DNA of 64,000 nt from a virus (lineage: Duplodnaviria; Caudoviricetes), in IMG/VR virus record IMGVR_UViG_3300021431_000003, positions 159,529-223,528 of that record; one strand, 5' to 3'. The translations under genes and the position numbers were made by a program. The notes under the pieces were generated by a model. It did no database searches. It was not told the origin of the DNA and saw only the letters and a program-made list of their open reading frames with translations. Below are positions 48,676 to 59,272 of this stretch, piece by piece (the first letter of the stretch is position 1; the number at the start of each line of letters is the position of its first letter).

Positions 48676-50814
48676 ATGAAAATTTCACGAAAGTACAATA
48701 GCATTACTACTAATCATAGTAATGAGCCAGTAAGAGTTTTAACTCAGAAACTTAGTTATGTATTACTTGACTTGATTTGTTCATATCTTATTTCTGATAA
48801 CCGTAGTATCAGAACTAAAGGATATGCTAATATAGAAACACTCATTAATCTTATCAATATGGAAGATTATAAAACAGAATCTGACATTGAGAGATTGGAT
48901 TTTATTCGTTTTGGTCTCGATGCAAGAATCAGATATGGTCTTGTTAACGGAGCTCAAGTAAGAGATTATATCTTTTCTAATGATGTAAATCATGCAGGAA
49001 ACTATAATATCAATATTCAGGAAATGTCTAATAAGGATGTAACGTATGTAGATGAAACAGTAACTAATCTGTTAGATAGTGCTTCGTTTGCCGCATATAT
49101 TCATTCTTTTGATAACTTTGGTAAGGATTTTGACAATGCAAATTCTTATCAAAAGAAGCAGATTATTGATGCTTGGAAAGAACAAATTGCTACTTGTAGC
49201 ACTATGATTCGAAACAATAAAGTCAATAAAGCTGAAGAGGAGTTCGTATCTCTTAGAGAAGGAATCTTTGAAGATTATGCTAAGGATACACACGCATATA
49301 TTTCTAATTCTTCGTCTAAACTTTCTACTGGTATGTATGCAATGAATTGTCTTCTCGGTGGTGGATTTGAGAATGGCCGTGTATATGGATTTTTTGGTCT
49401 TCAGGGTGAAGGTAAGTCTACTACACTACTTAACTTTGCAACTCAGATTAAAGATTTCAATAAGAAGTATAAAACAAAAGACCCAACCAAGAAGCCTGCC
49501 GTGGTATACTTGACACTTGAAAATACGAAGAGAGAAACTTTCACTCGTTTGTTCTCTATGTCTACTGGTAAGGGTAGAATGATTGATTATGATGCAGAAG
49601 ATAGCATCAGGATGATGAGAGAAAGTGGTCTTGAGGTTACAGATGATAACCCAATTGACATTATTATCAAGTATAAGCCGAGTAATACTGTTACAACAGC
49701 ATATCTGTATGAATTAGCAGATGAACTTGCAGAATATAACTACGAAGTTATTTGTTATATCGTTGACTATATCAACGTAATTCGTTCTGTAGAAACTTTT
49801 TCTGCTTCTGAAGAACGTCTTAGACTTGGTGCAATTATCAATGAATTCAAGACAATTGCATCTACTATGGATATTCCGATTCTTACAGCAGGTCAATTGA
49901 ACAGAGATGCAAATAAAAAGGTTGATGAATTGAGAGATAAAGGTAATCTTAATCTCTTAGGAGCAATTGATAGAAGTAACTTAGGTGAATCTATGCTTAT
50001 TCTTAATAATCTCGATGCAGCTTTCATTATCACACCATCTATGGTTAGAAGTACAAATGAAAAGTATCTGTCTATTAAGCTTGTAAAGCAGAGATATACG
50101 CCTAATATCAAACCTCTCAATTATAGCTATGGAGTTTATCATCCTTATGATAGCATTGATGGTATTAAATTGGTTAATGATGTTAATGCTCATGAACCAG
50201 CATTCTTATTAGACTTGTCTCATAAGAAAGTGGAATGCGAAGAGGATGCAAATGTACCGCTTCCTGATAACAGTAAACGAGTTCCTATTCTTGAAGGACA
50301 AAAAGAAGAGGTTCCGCAGATGCAGAACCCCGTTGCTTTGTATGATGATGGAACTAAACCGTTATACGATGTATACTGGAGAACACAGCCTCAGAAGATT
50401 AATGGTATTAATAATATTAATGCTATGTGTCCTGAGAAACAGCTCAGAGCAAAGTTTAAGAGAAAGGAGTTTGCGAATATTATGAGTGATATGATTAATC
50501 AGCTCAATGGTATTTCGAGATATTCTGATATGTATACAAGACTCTATGATCCTAGCGGTAGTAAAGAGGAGCGTTTGGTTCACGATTATAGAATCAAATA
50601 CGGTAAGGAATTCACAACAAATGACTTCCCGATGTTATATTCGCACTTCATGATGTTGAAGAATGGTGAAATGCAGGATACTGATGAATTCATTGAGCCT
50701 ACAAAGACATATAAACAGGAAGAAGACACGTCTTCTAATGGTCTGTTTGTATATGTACCCAAGATTGACCAGCCTGCGTATCTCGATTATATCAATTCAA
50801 TCAACGCTCGTTAA
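48676..50814 (+). CDS. dnaB: DnaB-like replicative helicase
   Basis: GLQGEGKST, YLTLEN, IVDYI, TAGQLNR, KQR motifs; long C-terminal extension. Confidence 0.9.
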   Translation: MKISRKYNSITTNHSNEPVRVLTQKLSYVLLDLICSYLISDNRSIRTKGYANIETLINLINMEDYKTESDIERLDFIRFGLDARIRYGLVNGAQVRDYIFSNDVNHAGNYNINIQEMSNKDVTYVDETVTNLLDSASFAAYIHSFDNFGKDFDNANSYQKKQIIDAWKEQIATCSTMIRNNKVNKAEEEFVSLREGIFEDYAKDTHAYISNSSSKLSTGMYAMNCLLGGGFENGRVYGFFGLQGEGKSTTLLNFATQIKDFNKKYKTKDPTKKPAVVYLTLENTKRETFTRLFSMSTGKGRMIDYDAEDSIRMMRESGLEVTDDNPIDIIIKYKPSNTVTTAYLYELADELAEYNYEVICYIVDYINVIRSVETFSASEERLRLGAIINEFKTIASTMDIPILTAGQLNRDANKKVDELRDKGNLNLLGAIDRSNLGESMLILNNLDAAFIITPSMVRSTNEKYLSIKLVKQRYTPNIKPLNYSYGVYHPYDSIDGIKLVNDVNAHEPAFLLDLSHKKVECEEDANVPLPDNSKRVPILEGQKEEVPQMQNPVALYDDGTKPLYDVYWRTQPQKINGINNINAMCPEKQLRAKFKRKEFANIMSDMINQLNGISRYSDMYTRLYDPSGSKEERLVHDYRIKYGKEFTTNDFPMLYSHFMMLKNGEMQDTDEFIEPTKTYKQEEDTSSNGLFVYVPKIDQPAYLDYINSINAR

Positions 50815-51242
50815 TAACTTGCGAGCGCTGATTCATTATAAGCCTTAATAAATGACTTTTCAGAAGCATTTATAGAGCTCAAGGCTTGTGCGAGTTCACT
50901 ATTCTTAATAAGTTTTAGTGTTCTTAAGTTGAAATCTTTGACAGACCACATATCATTCAACCAAAGAATGATAAAGTAAAGTTCTCCATTACCGTAAAGA
51001 TAATGAGCTAATAGCTTTGGTTTAAACCTATAAGTATAATACTCAGCTTCAGATAATGTAACCTCTTTAGCCATAGCTTTAAGCTCATTCATATAGTCTG
51101 AAACTACATTAAATACGTCATACTCTATATTATTTTGCGGGTCTTTCTCTAATAAACTCATACTATAGTATGAAACTGTATTAGACGATTTACTATCAGC
51201 AAATTGGTCTAGAGTAAACGTTTTATTAGTTTTAGTACTCAT
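50811..51242 (-). CDS. Baseplate wedge gp53/LysM-like protein
   Basis: YRFKPKLLAHYLYGNGELYFIILWLN pattern. Confidence 0.65.
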   Translation of the reverse strand: MSTKTNKTFTLDQFADSKSSNTVSYYSMSLLEKDPQNNIEYDVFNVVSDYMNELKAMAKEVTLSEAEYYTYRFKPKLLAHYLYGNGELYFIILWLNDMWSVKDFNLRTLKLIKNSELAQALSSINASEKSFIKAYNESALASY

Positions 51243-51592
51243 TCATAACACCTCCCTATTATTTGACAATTGTTTAGATTACCGCCTACAAATGCTACCA
51301 AAAATTTAGTTCCTTTAGGTATGTATTTCTTCGGGTAATCCATCATGAGATACTTAGGTATATATAAATCTATTGTAATCTCACTAGTCATTGTATAAGT
51401 AGATAACCATGTCAAGTCTTTGTTATATACATTAGACTTATTGATATTGATTGTCTGTCCAGCTTCAGTTTCAAGAGGTACTAATGCCTTTATATAAAAA
51501 GGGTGTTTAATACCTTGTTCTTCATATTTGTCTACGGTTTCATATAATATGGCTTCGTGAACAAAATTGTAATTGGAGTAGTCCTTATACAT
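51239..51592 (-). CDS. Possible baseplate hub/spike OB-fold protein
   Basis: IPKGTKFLVAFVGGNLNNCQIIG resembles gp5/gpV OB-fold end; ATGA-coupled to the gp53-like gene. Confidence 0.5.
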   Translation of the reverse strand: MYKDYSNYNFVHEAILYETVDKYEEQGIKHPFYIKALVPLETEAGQTININKSNVYNKDLTWLSTYTMTSEITIDLYIPKYLMMDYPKKYIPKGTKFLVAFVGGNLNNCQIIGRCYE

Positions 51593-51675
51593 ATTCAAAC
51601 CTCCCTCGATTTGTATATTATAAAAGTGTTACAAGGTTCAACTTGTGATAAATAAAATGTAAAGGAGCCTTAATC

Positions 51676-52182
51676 ATGGCTAAGAAAAAGGAACAGTTCG
51701 ACCCGACGCCCTATTTTGCAATGATTGACGATATTGAATATGACCTCATATTCAAACTCGAACTCGGTGTAAACAACAATATCTGTACAGAACAGGATAG
51801 CAGAACTCTTGTACAGTTAGATGGTAAACCAATCTGCTATCCGAAAGTCGCATTTAATGATTACAATATTATTAAGTTTGACCCGTTCTTTAACAGAAAG
51901 CTTGTAAACTTTCTGTTTCAGAGATATGTATATATCTATCTCAAAGAAAATCCTAATATTCAGATTAACTCGTTCTTCCTGACATCTGAGCTTATTCGTC
52001 CTAATGAAGTATTTGCTGTATGCAGAACTAATAGAGGCGATATCGTATCCAACAGCTTTACCAATGAGACAGTTTGTTGGATTGATTTGCTTTATAAGAT
52101 GGAAGGATGTCAGTATCCATATAAGGATTTCTATGCTCTCGACCAAGCTATTACTTTTATAAGAACATCGGGAGGCAAATAA
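51676..52182 (+). CDS. Hypothetical protein
   Basis: AAGGAG RBS; TATATTAT at 51614-51621. Confidence 0.8.
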   Translation: MAKKKEQFDPTPYFAMIDDIEYDLIFKLELGVNNNICTEQDSRTLVQLDGKPICYPKVAFNDYNIIKFDPFFNRKLVNFLFQRYVYIYLKENPNIQINSFFLTSELIRPNEVFAVCRTNRGDIVSNSFTNETVCWIDLLYKMEGCQYPYKDFYALDQAITFIRTSGGK

Positions 52183-52183
52183 A

Positions 52184-53404
52184 ATGAATGATATAGTCTT
52201 AAATAACGGACAAACACAACTCGTAAATGACGCCATCCAATGGTGGCGTCATAGGAGTTATCAGACATTTGAATTGTCTGGACCACCTGGATGTGGTAAG
52301 ACATGGATTGTTAATTATATTATTGACATACTTCATATTGATAGACAGAGAATTGCTCCTATGGCATATACTGGCTCTGCAGCTATCAATATGAGAACAA
52401 AAGGAATGACAAATGCAGGTACTATTTTTTCTTGGTTATATGACTTTGAAGAGAAGCCTATGTATGGTATTGATGGATTACCTATTGTAGACCCAGTATT
52501 CAATAAAGTTAAAACAAGACTTGAATTTGTACCTAAGAAAGCATTAATAGGTATAGACCTTATTATTGTAGACGAAGCAGGTATGGTTCCAGAAGATATG
52601 AGAAAGGTTATAGATAGTATGGGTATTCCAGTTATAGCAATGGGTGATATAGACCAATTGCCTCCTATAACGGGCAAACCTGGATATCTTACTAATCCTA
52701 ATACTGTTCATTTCTTAACTGAAATCATGAGACAAGCCGAAGGAAATACTATTATTACATTCTCTCAATTAGCAATTCAAGGAAGAGAGATCCCTATTGG
52801 TCATTATAAAAACGTAGATGTAATTTATGAAGATCAATTGACAGATGAAATGATTGCTAATTCAAGAATAGTAATCTGTGGTAAGAATGTAACTCGTGAT
52901 AAGTTCATTAACCATATAAGACATGATATGTTATGCTTCCAAGGAGACTTTCCTCATTATGGAGAAAGACTTGTTTGTAGGAAGAATAACTGGCATATTG
53001 AAGCAGGTGGTATTAACTTAACTAATGGCTTGTTAGGAAGTTGTATATCTAGACCCGATATGTCTGTATTCAATAGAACAGACCAGACATTTAAACTCGA
53101 TTTCAAACCAGATTTAATTAATACTATGGATTACTTTCAGGGAATAGATGTAGATTATAGATATCTTAATGGTGATAAGTCTGTTAGAGATGCTATAATG
53201 AGTACAAGATTCTCTAAAGGTAATAAATTTGAATACGGTTATGCTATCACAACACATATGGCTCAAGGCGCAGAGTTTGACCATGGTATCTATATAGAAG
53301 AGTATCTGAATAAGAATATTAACAGAAACCTTAACTATGTAGGTATAACAAGGTTTAGACTTCACTGTATATATGTAAAGCGTAGACCAAGGCAGTATTA
53401 TTAA
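52184..53404 (+). CDS. Dda/RecD-like SF1B helicase
   Basis: GPPGCGKT, AYTGSAA, VDEAGM, GDIDQLPP, EIMRQ, YAITTHMAQG, YVGITR. Confidence 0.9.
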   Translation: MNDIVLNNGQTQLVNDAIQWWRHRSYQTFELSGPPGCGKTWIVNYIIDILHIDRQRIAPMAYTGSAAINMRTKGMTNAGTIFSWLYDFEEKPMYGIDGLPIVDPVFNKVKTRLEFVPKKALIGIDLIIVDEAGMVPEDMRKVIDSMGIPVIAMGDIDQLPPITGKPGYLTNPNTVHFLTEIMRQAEGNTIITFSQLAIQGREIPIGHYKNVDVIYEDQLTDEMIANSRIVICGKNVTRDKFINHIRHDMLCFQGDFPHYGERLVCRKNNWHIEAGGINLTNGLLGSCISRPDMSVFNRTDQTFKLDFKPDLINTMDYFQGIDVDYRYLNGDKSVRDAIMSTRFSKGNKFEYGYAITTHMAQGAEFDHGIYIEEYLNKNINRNLNYVGITRFRLHCIYVKRRPRQYY

Positions 53405-53480
53405 AATTGGTTATATCTGTATATTATTAGTGTGATGAGTCAAATGATTCGTCATACTAATACCGTAGGAGGTAATTAAA

Positions 53481-54023
53481 ATGTCTGGATTATTTCAGCA
53501 AATCAATGGAAACATTACCCAGGAACAGGTAATGGAAATCGCGAAAACAGGAGTTGTTCCATCCAATCTTAAGTCTGTAGATGATAAAGTCTACTATATT
53601 ATCATGCGTAACTACATGACTGTGATGTATTCTAACATCGCAGGTGTTACAGATGAGTATCCAATGGAAATTGATGGTGAAGCGTTTATCATTGTTGGTA
53701 GACATAATGCATTCAATACCATCAAAGAATATCTCTCTAGAGATGGAGAGAATGGTACAGACCTCAGAAAGTCTATCGTAATGGTAGAAGGGGTCGATGC
53801 TGCTCAGGGTGTATCCCTGTATCGTTTCATTAAACTCTGTAATCAGGCTTATCCCAATGAAGCTATTGATGATGAGTTTCTTGAGAAGTCTATTCAAGGC
53901 TTTACAGATTGGGAAAATGATAAAAAGGAATTTCCTGATGATATGAAAGCCATGAATAATAATGCTGTTGCTACTGGTTTCGGTGGTAATGCAGGAACGC
54001 TTATGAATGAAGAGGAGGAATAA
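53481..54023 (+). CDS. Hypothetical protein
   Basis: AGGAGG RBS; TATATTAT 53420-53427 followed by a hairpin. Confidence 0.8.
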   Translation: MSGLFQQINGNITQEQVMEIAKTGVVPSNLKSVDDKVYYIIMRNYMTVMYSNIAGVTDEYPMEIDGEAFIIVGRHNAFNTIKEYLSRDGENGTDLRKSIVMVEGVDAAQGVSLYRFIKLCNQAYPNEAIDDEFLEKSIQGFTDWENDKKEFPDDMKAMNNNAVATGFGGNAGTLMNEEEE

Positions 54024-54026
54024 ATC

Positions 54027-54488
54027 ATGGCAAGAGAATCAATCTTTGCTCGTAAGAAGCGTGAAAGAGGAAGTAATTGGGTAAATGAAATTAAGCCAGA
54101 TGAGCTTATCAGAATGGCAGAGAATATCCTTACAGATATTTCTTATGGCAATCTGTCCTCAAACGAAGACAAGTGGTATCTTGTCTCTGAACCTGTACTG
54201 AATGCACTTATTGCGTTTTGTACTAATCGTTGCAACAATCTCGGTTATATCGTAAGATGTATGGATGAGTATAGAAATACTCAGACAGCATTCTTCAATA
54301 ACGGAGATAATGCAATGTATGATGTCGTATGGGAGAATGTATATAACTCGTATGTTTTCTATGCTACTGCAAAGCAGCTCCTTGAAGCATACAGAGTTAC
54401 GTATGACCCAACATGTATGATTAATCTGTATTCTCTTGCAGCAAATCAGAAGTACAAGAATCTGATTATGCCCAACAGATTTATCTAA
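54027..54488 (+). CDS. Hypothetical protein
   Basis: GGAGG RBS in the tail of the upstream gene. Confidence 0.8.
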   Translation: MARESIFARKKRERGSNWVNEIKPDELIRMAENILTDISYGNLSSNEDKWYLVSEPVLNALIAFCTNRCNNLGYIVRCMDEYRNTQTAFFNNGDNAMYDVVWENVYNSYVFYATAKQLLEAYRVTYDPTCMINLYSLAANQKYKNLIMPNRFI

Positions 54489-54540
54489 AAATAAAGTAAG
54501 CAACTTTCTTATAATTAACGTTATAAGGAGGTTGCTTACT

Positions 54541-55020
54541 ATGACCAAAGAACAAGTAATCAAGCTTAGGAAGGAACTTCATAAACTTCCTGGTGAAGAT
54601 AGAGAAATGAATCTTCCTATCAGAGTAATGGGACCAACGACAAACTATCAATGGGATGAAGCTACATCTTGTTTCCTTTGGGATGATGAGAATGAAATCC
54701 TATATATTGTTTGTCCTAATACAGTTCCTACTCAGACAACCGATAGCAGACTATATCCAATGTCTATTATTACATTGAATTATGAAGCTATCACGTTTAT
54801 TGAGGTAGCAGTAGATAGGTTAAGTCTTGACCACTTCTTTGAAGATAAGGTTGGTAAGGGCTTAACTAATGAAGAAACTCGTAAGAGATACTTTAAGCAG
54901 ATGACAGACCTATTTGATGAGCGTACTTATTTTATGGGTCAACCATCTCCTACTACTGAAAAGCGTGGTCTACGCCCCGATGATGAAATTGTAGACTCTA
55001 ACGCTACCAAGTTTCTTTAA
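54541..55020 (+). CDS. Hypothetical protein
   Basis: ATG after AAGGAGG; late-type motif 54502-54514. Confidence 0.8.
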   Translation: MTKEQVIKLRKELHKLPGEDREMNLPIRVMGPTTNYQWDEATSCFLWDDENEILYIVCPNTVPTQTTDSRLYPMSIITLNYEAITFIEVAVDRLSLDHFFEDKVGKGLTNEETRKRYFKQMTDLFDERTYFMGQPSPTTEKRGLRPDDEIVDSNATKFL

Positions 55021-55129
55021 TCATTTACATTTACAATAACAAAAATGTAAATGGTTATATATCATTCATGTGATTAAGAGATTAGCCATCTCTAATCTAT
55101 CAAATAATATTATTTAAGGAGGTCATCTT

Positions 55130-56065
55130 ATGATGAACAACAATGCATTTGGCTATAACAATTATTTTGGACAGCCTACAAACCCTCAGGGTTTTGCAGT
55201 CCAGTCTGGTCTCACATTTAATAATGTGACTCCTGCAAAGTCCACTTCCTCTACTCCTGAGGAGATGGAAATTATTAAGTCAAAGGGTGGTAGTAACTTC
55301 GAGTTCACCATCAATGACTCTGCAGTAGCAGGTTGGGACTATCGTGATGGTACAAATCTCTGTATTGAACTTGTCGATGCACAAACAGACAGAGTCCGTG
55401 CAAAGTGGACAGGTGAAGAGTTTAACATCACGCTTGTCGAAGATGCTGTTGTACAGAAGCTCCTTGAGATGCTCAGAGATGTTGTATCGACTACTAAGCT
55501 TCTGAATACATCTCTTGATAAGGATGTATCTAAGCAGCTGTATATCGCTGCAGGTATTCTTATGAAGCTTCTGCCTACCGCATATGCAAACGGTAGAAAG
55601 AATTATAACTCTGTAATTAACCAGGCACGTCAGCAGATTGGTGTAACTGGTTATCAGGGCGGCTTTGGTCAGAATGGCATGATGTTTGCAGGTCAGTTTG
55701 GTCAGGCACCGAATTACTTTGTAAATGATTCCAGCACGGGTCCGAATATGCCTGGCTTCATGCCCAATTACGGAGGTCAGCCTCAGGGTGGTATTGATCC
55801 TAATACTATTGCTCAGGCAGCCGCAATTCTTCAGGCAGCTCAGGCACAGCAGATGGGTACACCTACTCAGCCCAATGGTGGTACAATGATGGGTAATCCA
55901 TTCGTTCAGGGTGGACAGCCTCAGCAGGTTCCTCAGATGAACCAGCCCAGTGTACCTTTCCCTGGAACACCTCAGGCACAGACTAATCAGACTTTCAATC
56001 CTCCGATTGGACAGCCTGCAAATAGTGCTCCTGCTAATGCAACAAATGCAGCTGCACCGTTCTAA
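55130..56065 (+). CDS. Hypothetical protein with Q/G/P/N-rich low-complexity C-terminal half
   Basis: Composition of residues ~165-311; AAGGAGG RBS. Confidence 0.8.
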   Translation: MMNNNAFGYNNYFGQPTNPQGFAVQSGLTFNNVTPAKSTSSTPEEMEIIKSKGGSNFEFTINDSAVAGWDYRDGTNLCIELVDAQTDRVRAKWTGEEFNITLVEDAVVQKLLEMLRDVVSTTKLLNTSLDKDVSKQLYIAAGILMKLLPTAYANGRKNYNSVINQARQQIGVTGYQGGFGQNGMMFAGQFGQAPNYFVNDSSTGPNMPGFMPNYGGQPQGGIDPNTIAQAAAILQAAQAQQMGTPTQPNGGTMMGNPFVQGGQPQQVPQMNQPSVPFPGTPQAQTNQTFNPPIGQPANSAPANATNAAAPF

Positions 56066-56079
56066 ACAAAACACAAAGC

Positions 56080-56150
56080 TTGTACACTCATCTTCGGATG
56101 AGTGTACAATTGCTTTGAAAAGAGAGCCATTAAATACAGCTCTCTTTTTT
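56080..56150 (+). terminator. cUUCGg hairpin followed by an intrinsic terminator
   Basis: ttgtacactcatc-TTCG-gatgagtgtacaa, then aaagagagc...gctctcttttttt. Confidence 0.75.
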
Positions 56151-56167
56151 AAGGAGGTAATAAGTAT

Positions 56168-58471
56168 ATGGCTAAAAAAGTTCAAGAATCACTTGAAGAA
56201 AGGGCTAAAAACTATGGTAATGAAATCAAACAGATTTCAGACTTTGTTGAACAGGTACGTCAGACACCTGATATGTATATAGGTAAAGTATTTGGATCAA
56301 AAGCATTTCTTACAATGACTAGAGAAATATTTCAGAATTCTGTAGACGAAATATTGAAAGGTAATGCATTTACTCCAAATATCTATGTTGCCTATGATGA
56401 GAGAGTTCATCAGATTACTATATCTGATAATGGCAGAGGTGTACCTCATGGTAAGATTGGTATAATCTTTGGTTCATCTCATACTAGTTCAAATTATGAT
56501 AAACAACCTTATAACTATTCTGCTGGTAAGAATGGTTGTGGTGCATCTGTAACTTGTGCTCTATCAACTAAATTTACTGTAGATAGTTTTGTTGTAGGAA
56601 AAGCAGTCCATGCTGAGTTTAATGAAGGACATTTATGGTCTAAAGGAGAAGTTAATGTAAAATGTCCTGAAGGAGCTCAGGGTACTATAATTAGCTTTAT
56701 ACCAAATGAAAGTGTAATAGGTGAAGTTACTACAACTTGTAAAGATGTATACGACTTATTATCACTTATTACTCCAAGTACTGCTATAGGAACACATGTT
56801 GAATATATCGGTATAGATAAAGCTGGTAAAAAATCTATAGTAGAAAGTATTGAAAATAGAGATGGTATTATGACATATCTTATCAATATGACTACTTCAC
56901 CGTATATTGAACCTATTGTTATATTTAATGATGATGGTACTCATAGAGTACAGGCTGCGTTCACTTATGATACAAGCATAGATAATAGTGAAGAAGCTGT
57001 TATAGGTTTAAATAACACGTGTCCAACCGATGGAGGAACTCATATAGATGGGTGTATCGATGGTATAACAAGATACTTCAGAGACTATATGAATAAGATA
57101 TTCTTAACTAATACAAAGAGTAAACTTACTTGTACAGTTAATGATATCAGACAAGGATTAAAGCTAGCAGTTTGTAGTTGTCATTTATATGCAAGCTATA
57201 ATGGACAAGCGAAAGAAACTTTAGCAAATCCTGATATGAAACCCTTTTGTAGTCAATCTATTATTAACGGATTGACTGAATGGTCTAAGACACATTCTAG
57301 TGATTTACAAAAGTTATGTAAGTACTTTAAAGAAATCATAGAAATGCGTATGAGACAAGACAAAGAGAAGGTCAAGCTATCTACAAAGTTCGAAGCTAGC
57401 TCTATATCTGGGCTTCCAGCAAAATATCTGAAGCCAAATGGTAGACGTAATTGTGAACTTGTAATAGTTGAGGGTGACTCTGCGTTCGGTAGTGCAAGAA
57501 ATGTACGAGACCAAGCTACACAAGGTATCTTTCCTATTAGAGGTAAAATGCCTAATGTATTTGAAAAGTCTCGTGCTGATGTACTAGCCAATGCAGAAGT
57601 TGCTGGTATTCTGACAATCATCGGTGGTGGATATGGCAAGAATTTTGATTTGGATAAGTGTAAAGTCGATAGGGTAATTATCATGGCAGATGCTGATCCT
57701 GATGGTGCTCATATCAGAACACTTGTATTGAGATTCTTGGCAGTATATTGTAAGCCATTGGTAATGGCTGGTCGTGTATATGCAGCTTTACCGCCATTGT
57801 ATGGTATTCCAGAAAAGAAGGGATATAGATTCTTTACTGATAAGCTTGACTTTGTTAAGTATATTCAGAAAGAATTTAGTAAAGCATATACAATCAAGAC
57901 AATTAAGAACAAGGACTTAACACCAAAAGAGGTAACAAGACTTCTCTATAATAATGCAGACTATGTAGCAGAACTTGATAAGGTTGCTAATACGTATGCA
58001 ATAGATTCTTATCTGTTAGAGGAGATTATTGTTAATAGAAAACAACCATTTGCTAAATTTAAGACAGCAATCAAGAAAAAGTTCAGATTCTTAGAGCTTG
58101 AGCAGAATGGTAATATGATTATTATTAAGGGTGTAGCAAATGAAAAGTATCATGAAGTATTTGTGAATGACCGTCTGTTTGCAGAGTGTAAAGATGTCAT
58201 TCCATATATTGATGGTTCTGAACATGAGTATATTCTTAATGGTCAAGTAGTATCGCTGTATACAGTAATGCGTGAATTTAATAGCTTCATGCCTCCTAGA
58301 TTGGCAAGATTTAAAGGTCTTGGTGAAATGGACCCTGCAATGCTTGGGCCTAGCACTCTTAGACCTGATGGAGATAGACTGTTGGTACAGTATACTTTTG
58401 AGAACTTTGAGAAAGAGCTTGAAGAGATGAGATATATCAACTCTAATAAAGACCTCTTACTTAAAGACTAA
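56168..58471 (+). CDS. gyrB: Type IIA topoisomerase subunit B
   Basis: EIFQNSVDE, DNGRGVP, GKNGCG, EGDSA, PIRGK, DADPDGAHI, RFKGLGEM. Confidence 0.95.
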   Translation: MAKKVQESLEERAKNYGNEIKQISDFVEQVRQTPDMYIGKVFGSKAFLTMTREIFQNSVDEILKGNAFTPNIYVAYDERVHQITISDNGRGVPHGKIGIIFGSSHTSSNYDKQPYNYSAGKNGCGASVTCALSTKFTVDSFVVGKAVHAEFNEGHLWSKGEVNVKCPEGAQGTIISFIPNESVIGEVTTTCKDVYDLLSLITPSTAIGTHVEYIGIDKAGKKSIVESIENRDGIMTYLINMTTSPYIEPIVIFNDDGTHRVQAAFTYDTSIDNSEEAVIGLNNTCPTDGGTHIDGCIDGITRYFRDYMNKIFLTNTKSKLTCTVNDIRQGLKLAVCSCHLYASYNGQAKETLANPDMKPFCSQSIINGLTEWSKTHSSDLQKLCKYFKEIIEMRMRQDKEKVKLSTKFEASSISGLPAKYLKPNGRRNCELVIVEGDSAFGSARNVRDQATQGIFPIRGKMPNVFEKSRADVLANAEVAGILTIIGGGYGKNFDLDKCKVDRVIIMADADPDGAHIRTLVLRFLAVYCKPLVMAGRVYAALPPLYGIPEKKGYRFFTDKLDFVKYIQKEFSKAYTIKTIKNKDLTPKEVTRLLYNNADYVAELDKVANTYAIDSYLLEEIIVNRKQPFAKFKTAIKKKFRFLELEQNGNMIIIKGVANEKYHEVFVNDRLFAECKDVIPYIDGSEHEYILNGQVVSLYTVMREFNSFMPPRLARFKGLGEMDPAMLGPSTLRPDGDRLLVQYTFENFEKELEEMRYINSNKDLLLKD

Positions 58472-58598
58472 TATATAGCGGGTCTTTCATAAGGACCCGT
58501 TATTTTTTTACTAACGTAATAACTTAATTGTAAATGATTTAGATGCATCGCGAGAGTATACTAAATCAAAAATTTTTATTAAAAAGGAGTAATTTCTC

Positions 58599-59132
58599 AT
58601 GGCTAAATTCAATAAGTCCAACAAGAACGATAACAACTTCAAAAAGGATGATAAGAAGACTAACTTCCAAAAGAAGAAGAAGCCTACATATGTCAAGAAA
58701 CAGATTAAAATTGCTTATACAGACTTCTATGCTGAGGCACTTGATTCTCTCTACAACATTCTTAATGAAATCAGCTGGGACAAGATTTCTATCCCTGTAA
58801 AGATGTCTAGAGCTGAGTTCCTCGGTGATAAGACAGCTAAGGGTACTATCGTTATTGGTAGTGTGTCTAAGTTCAATACCGACAATACCTTCACAGTTTC
58901 TATGACTGAAGATAATGCTAAGGTAATCACTGATAAGCATGTTATGAGTGTAAGATGTTATAAGGATTTCAATACTAATGAAATCACTTTCATCACTGAG
59001 CTTACGCTTACAAACAAGTTCGACTCTATTGATGAGCACTTCAAGGATATCGAGGAAGCTTTTACTGATGCTGCTGCAGAAGAGGTAGAAGCTGAGAATA
59101 GTGTTGCTGATGCAGAATCTGACGCTGAGTAA
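58599..59132 (+). CDS. Hypothetical protein with basic N-terminus and acidic C-terminus
   Basis: AAGGAG RBS; late-type motif 58521-58533. Confidence 0.8.
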   Translation: MAKFNKSNKNDNNFKKDDKKTNFQKKKKPTYVKKQIKIAYTDFYAEALDSLYNILNEISWDKISIPVKMSRAEFLGDKTAKGTIVIGSVSKFNTDNTFTVSMTEDNAKVITDKHVMSVRCYKDFNTNEITFITELTLTNKFDSIDEHFKDIEEAFTDAAAEEVEAENSVADAESDAE

Positions 59133-59272
59133 AACAGTTCCAAGTTTTCGTACTTTTACCTCCACCCCTCTAGGGTAACACCTAGAGGGGAAACTTTATT
59201 GTTATTATATATTATATTTATGAATAAGCTGAATAACAACAGCTTAATAAAATCATCAAGGAGGTTATTCTA

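Noticed and set aside
55280-56185. 301-aa antisense ORF and the many other overlapping or antisense ORFs in the track
   Set aside because: Shadows of real genes caused by codon bias; no RBS or recognisable motifs.
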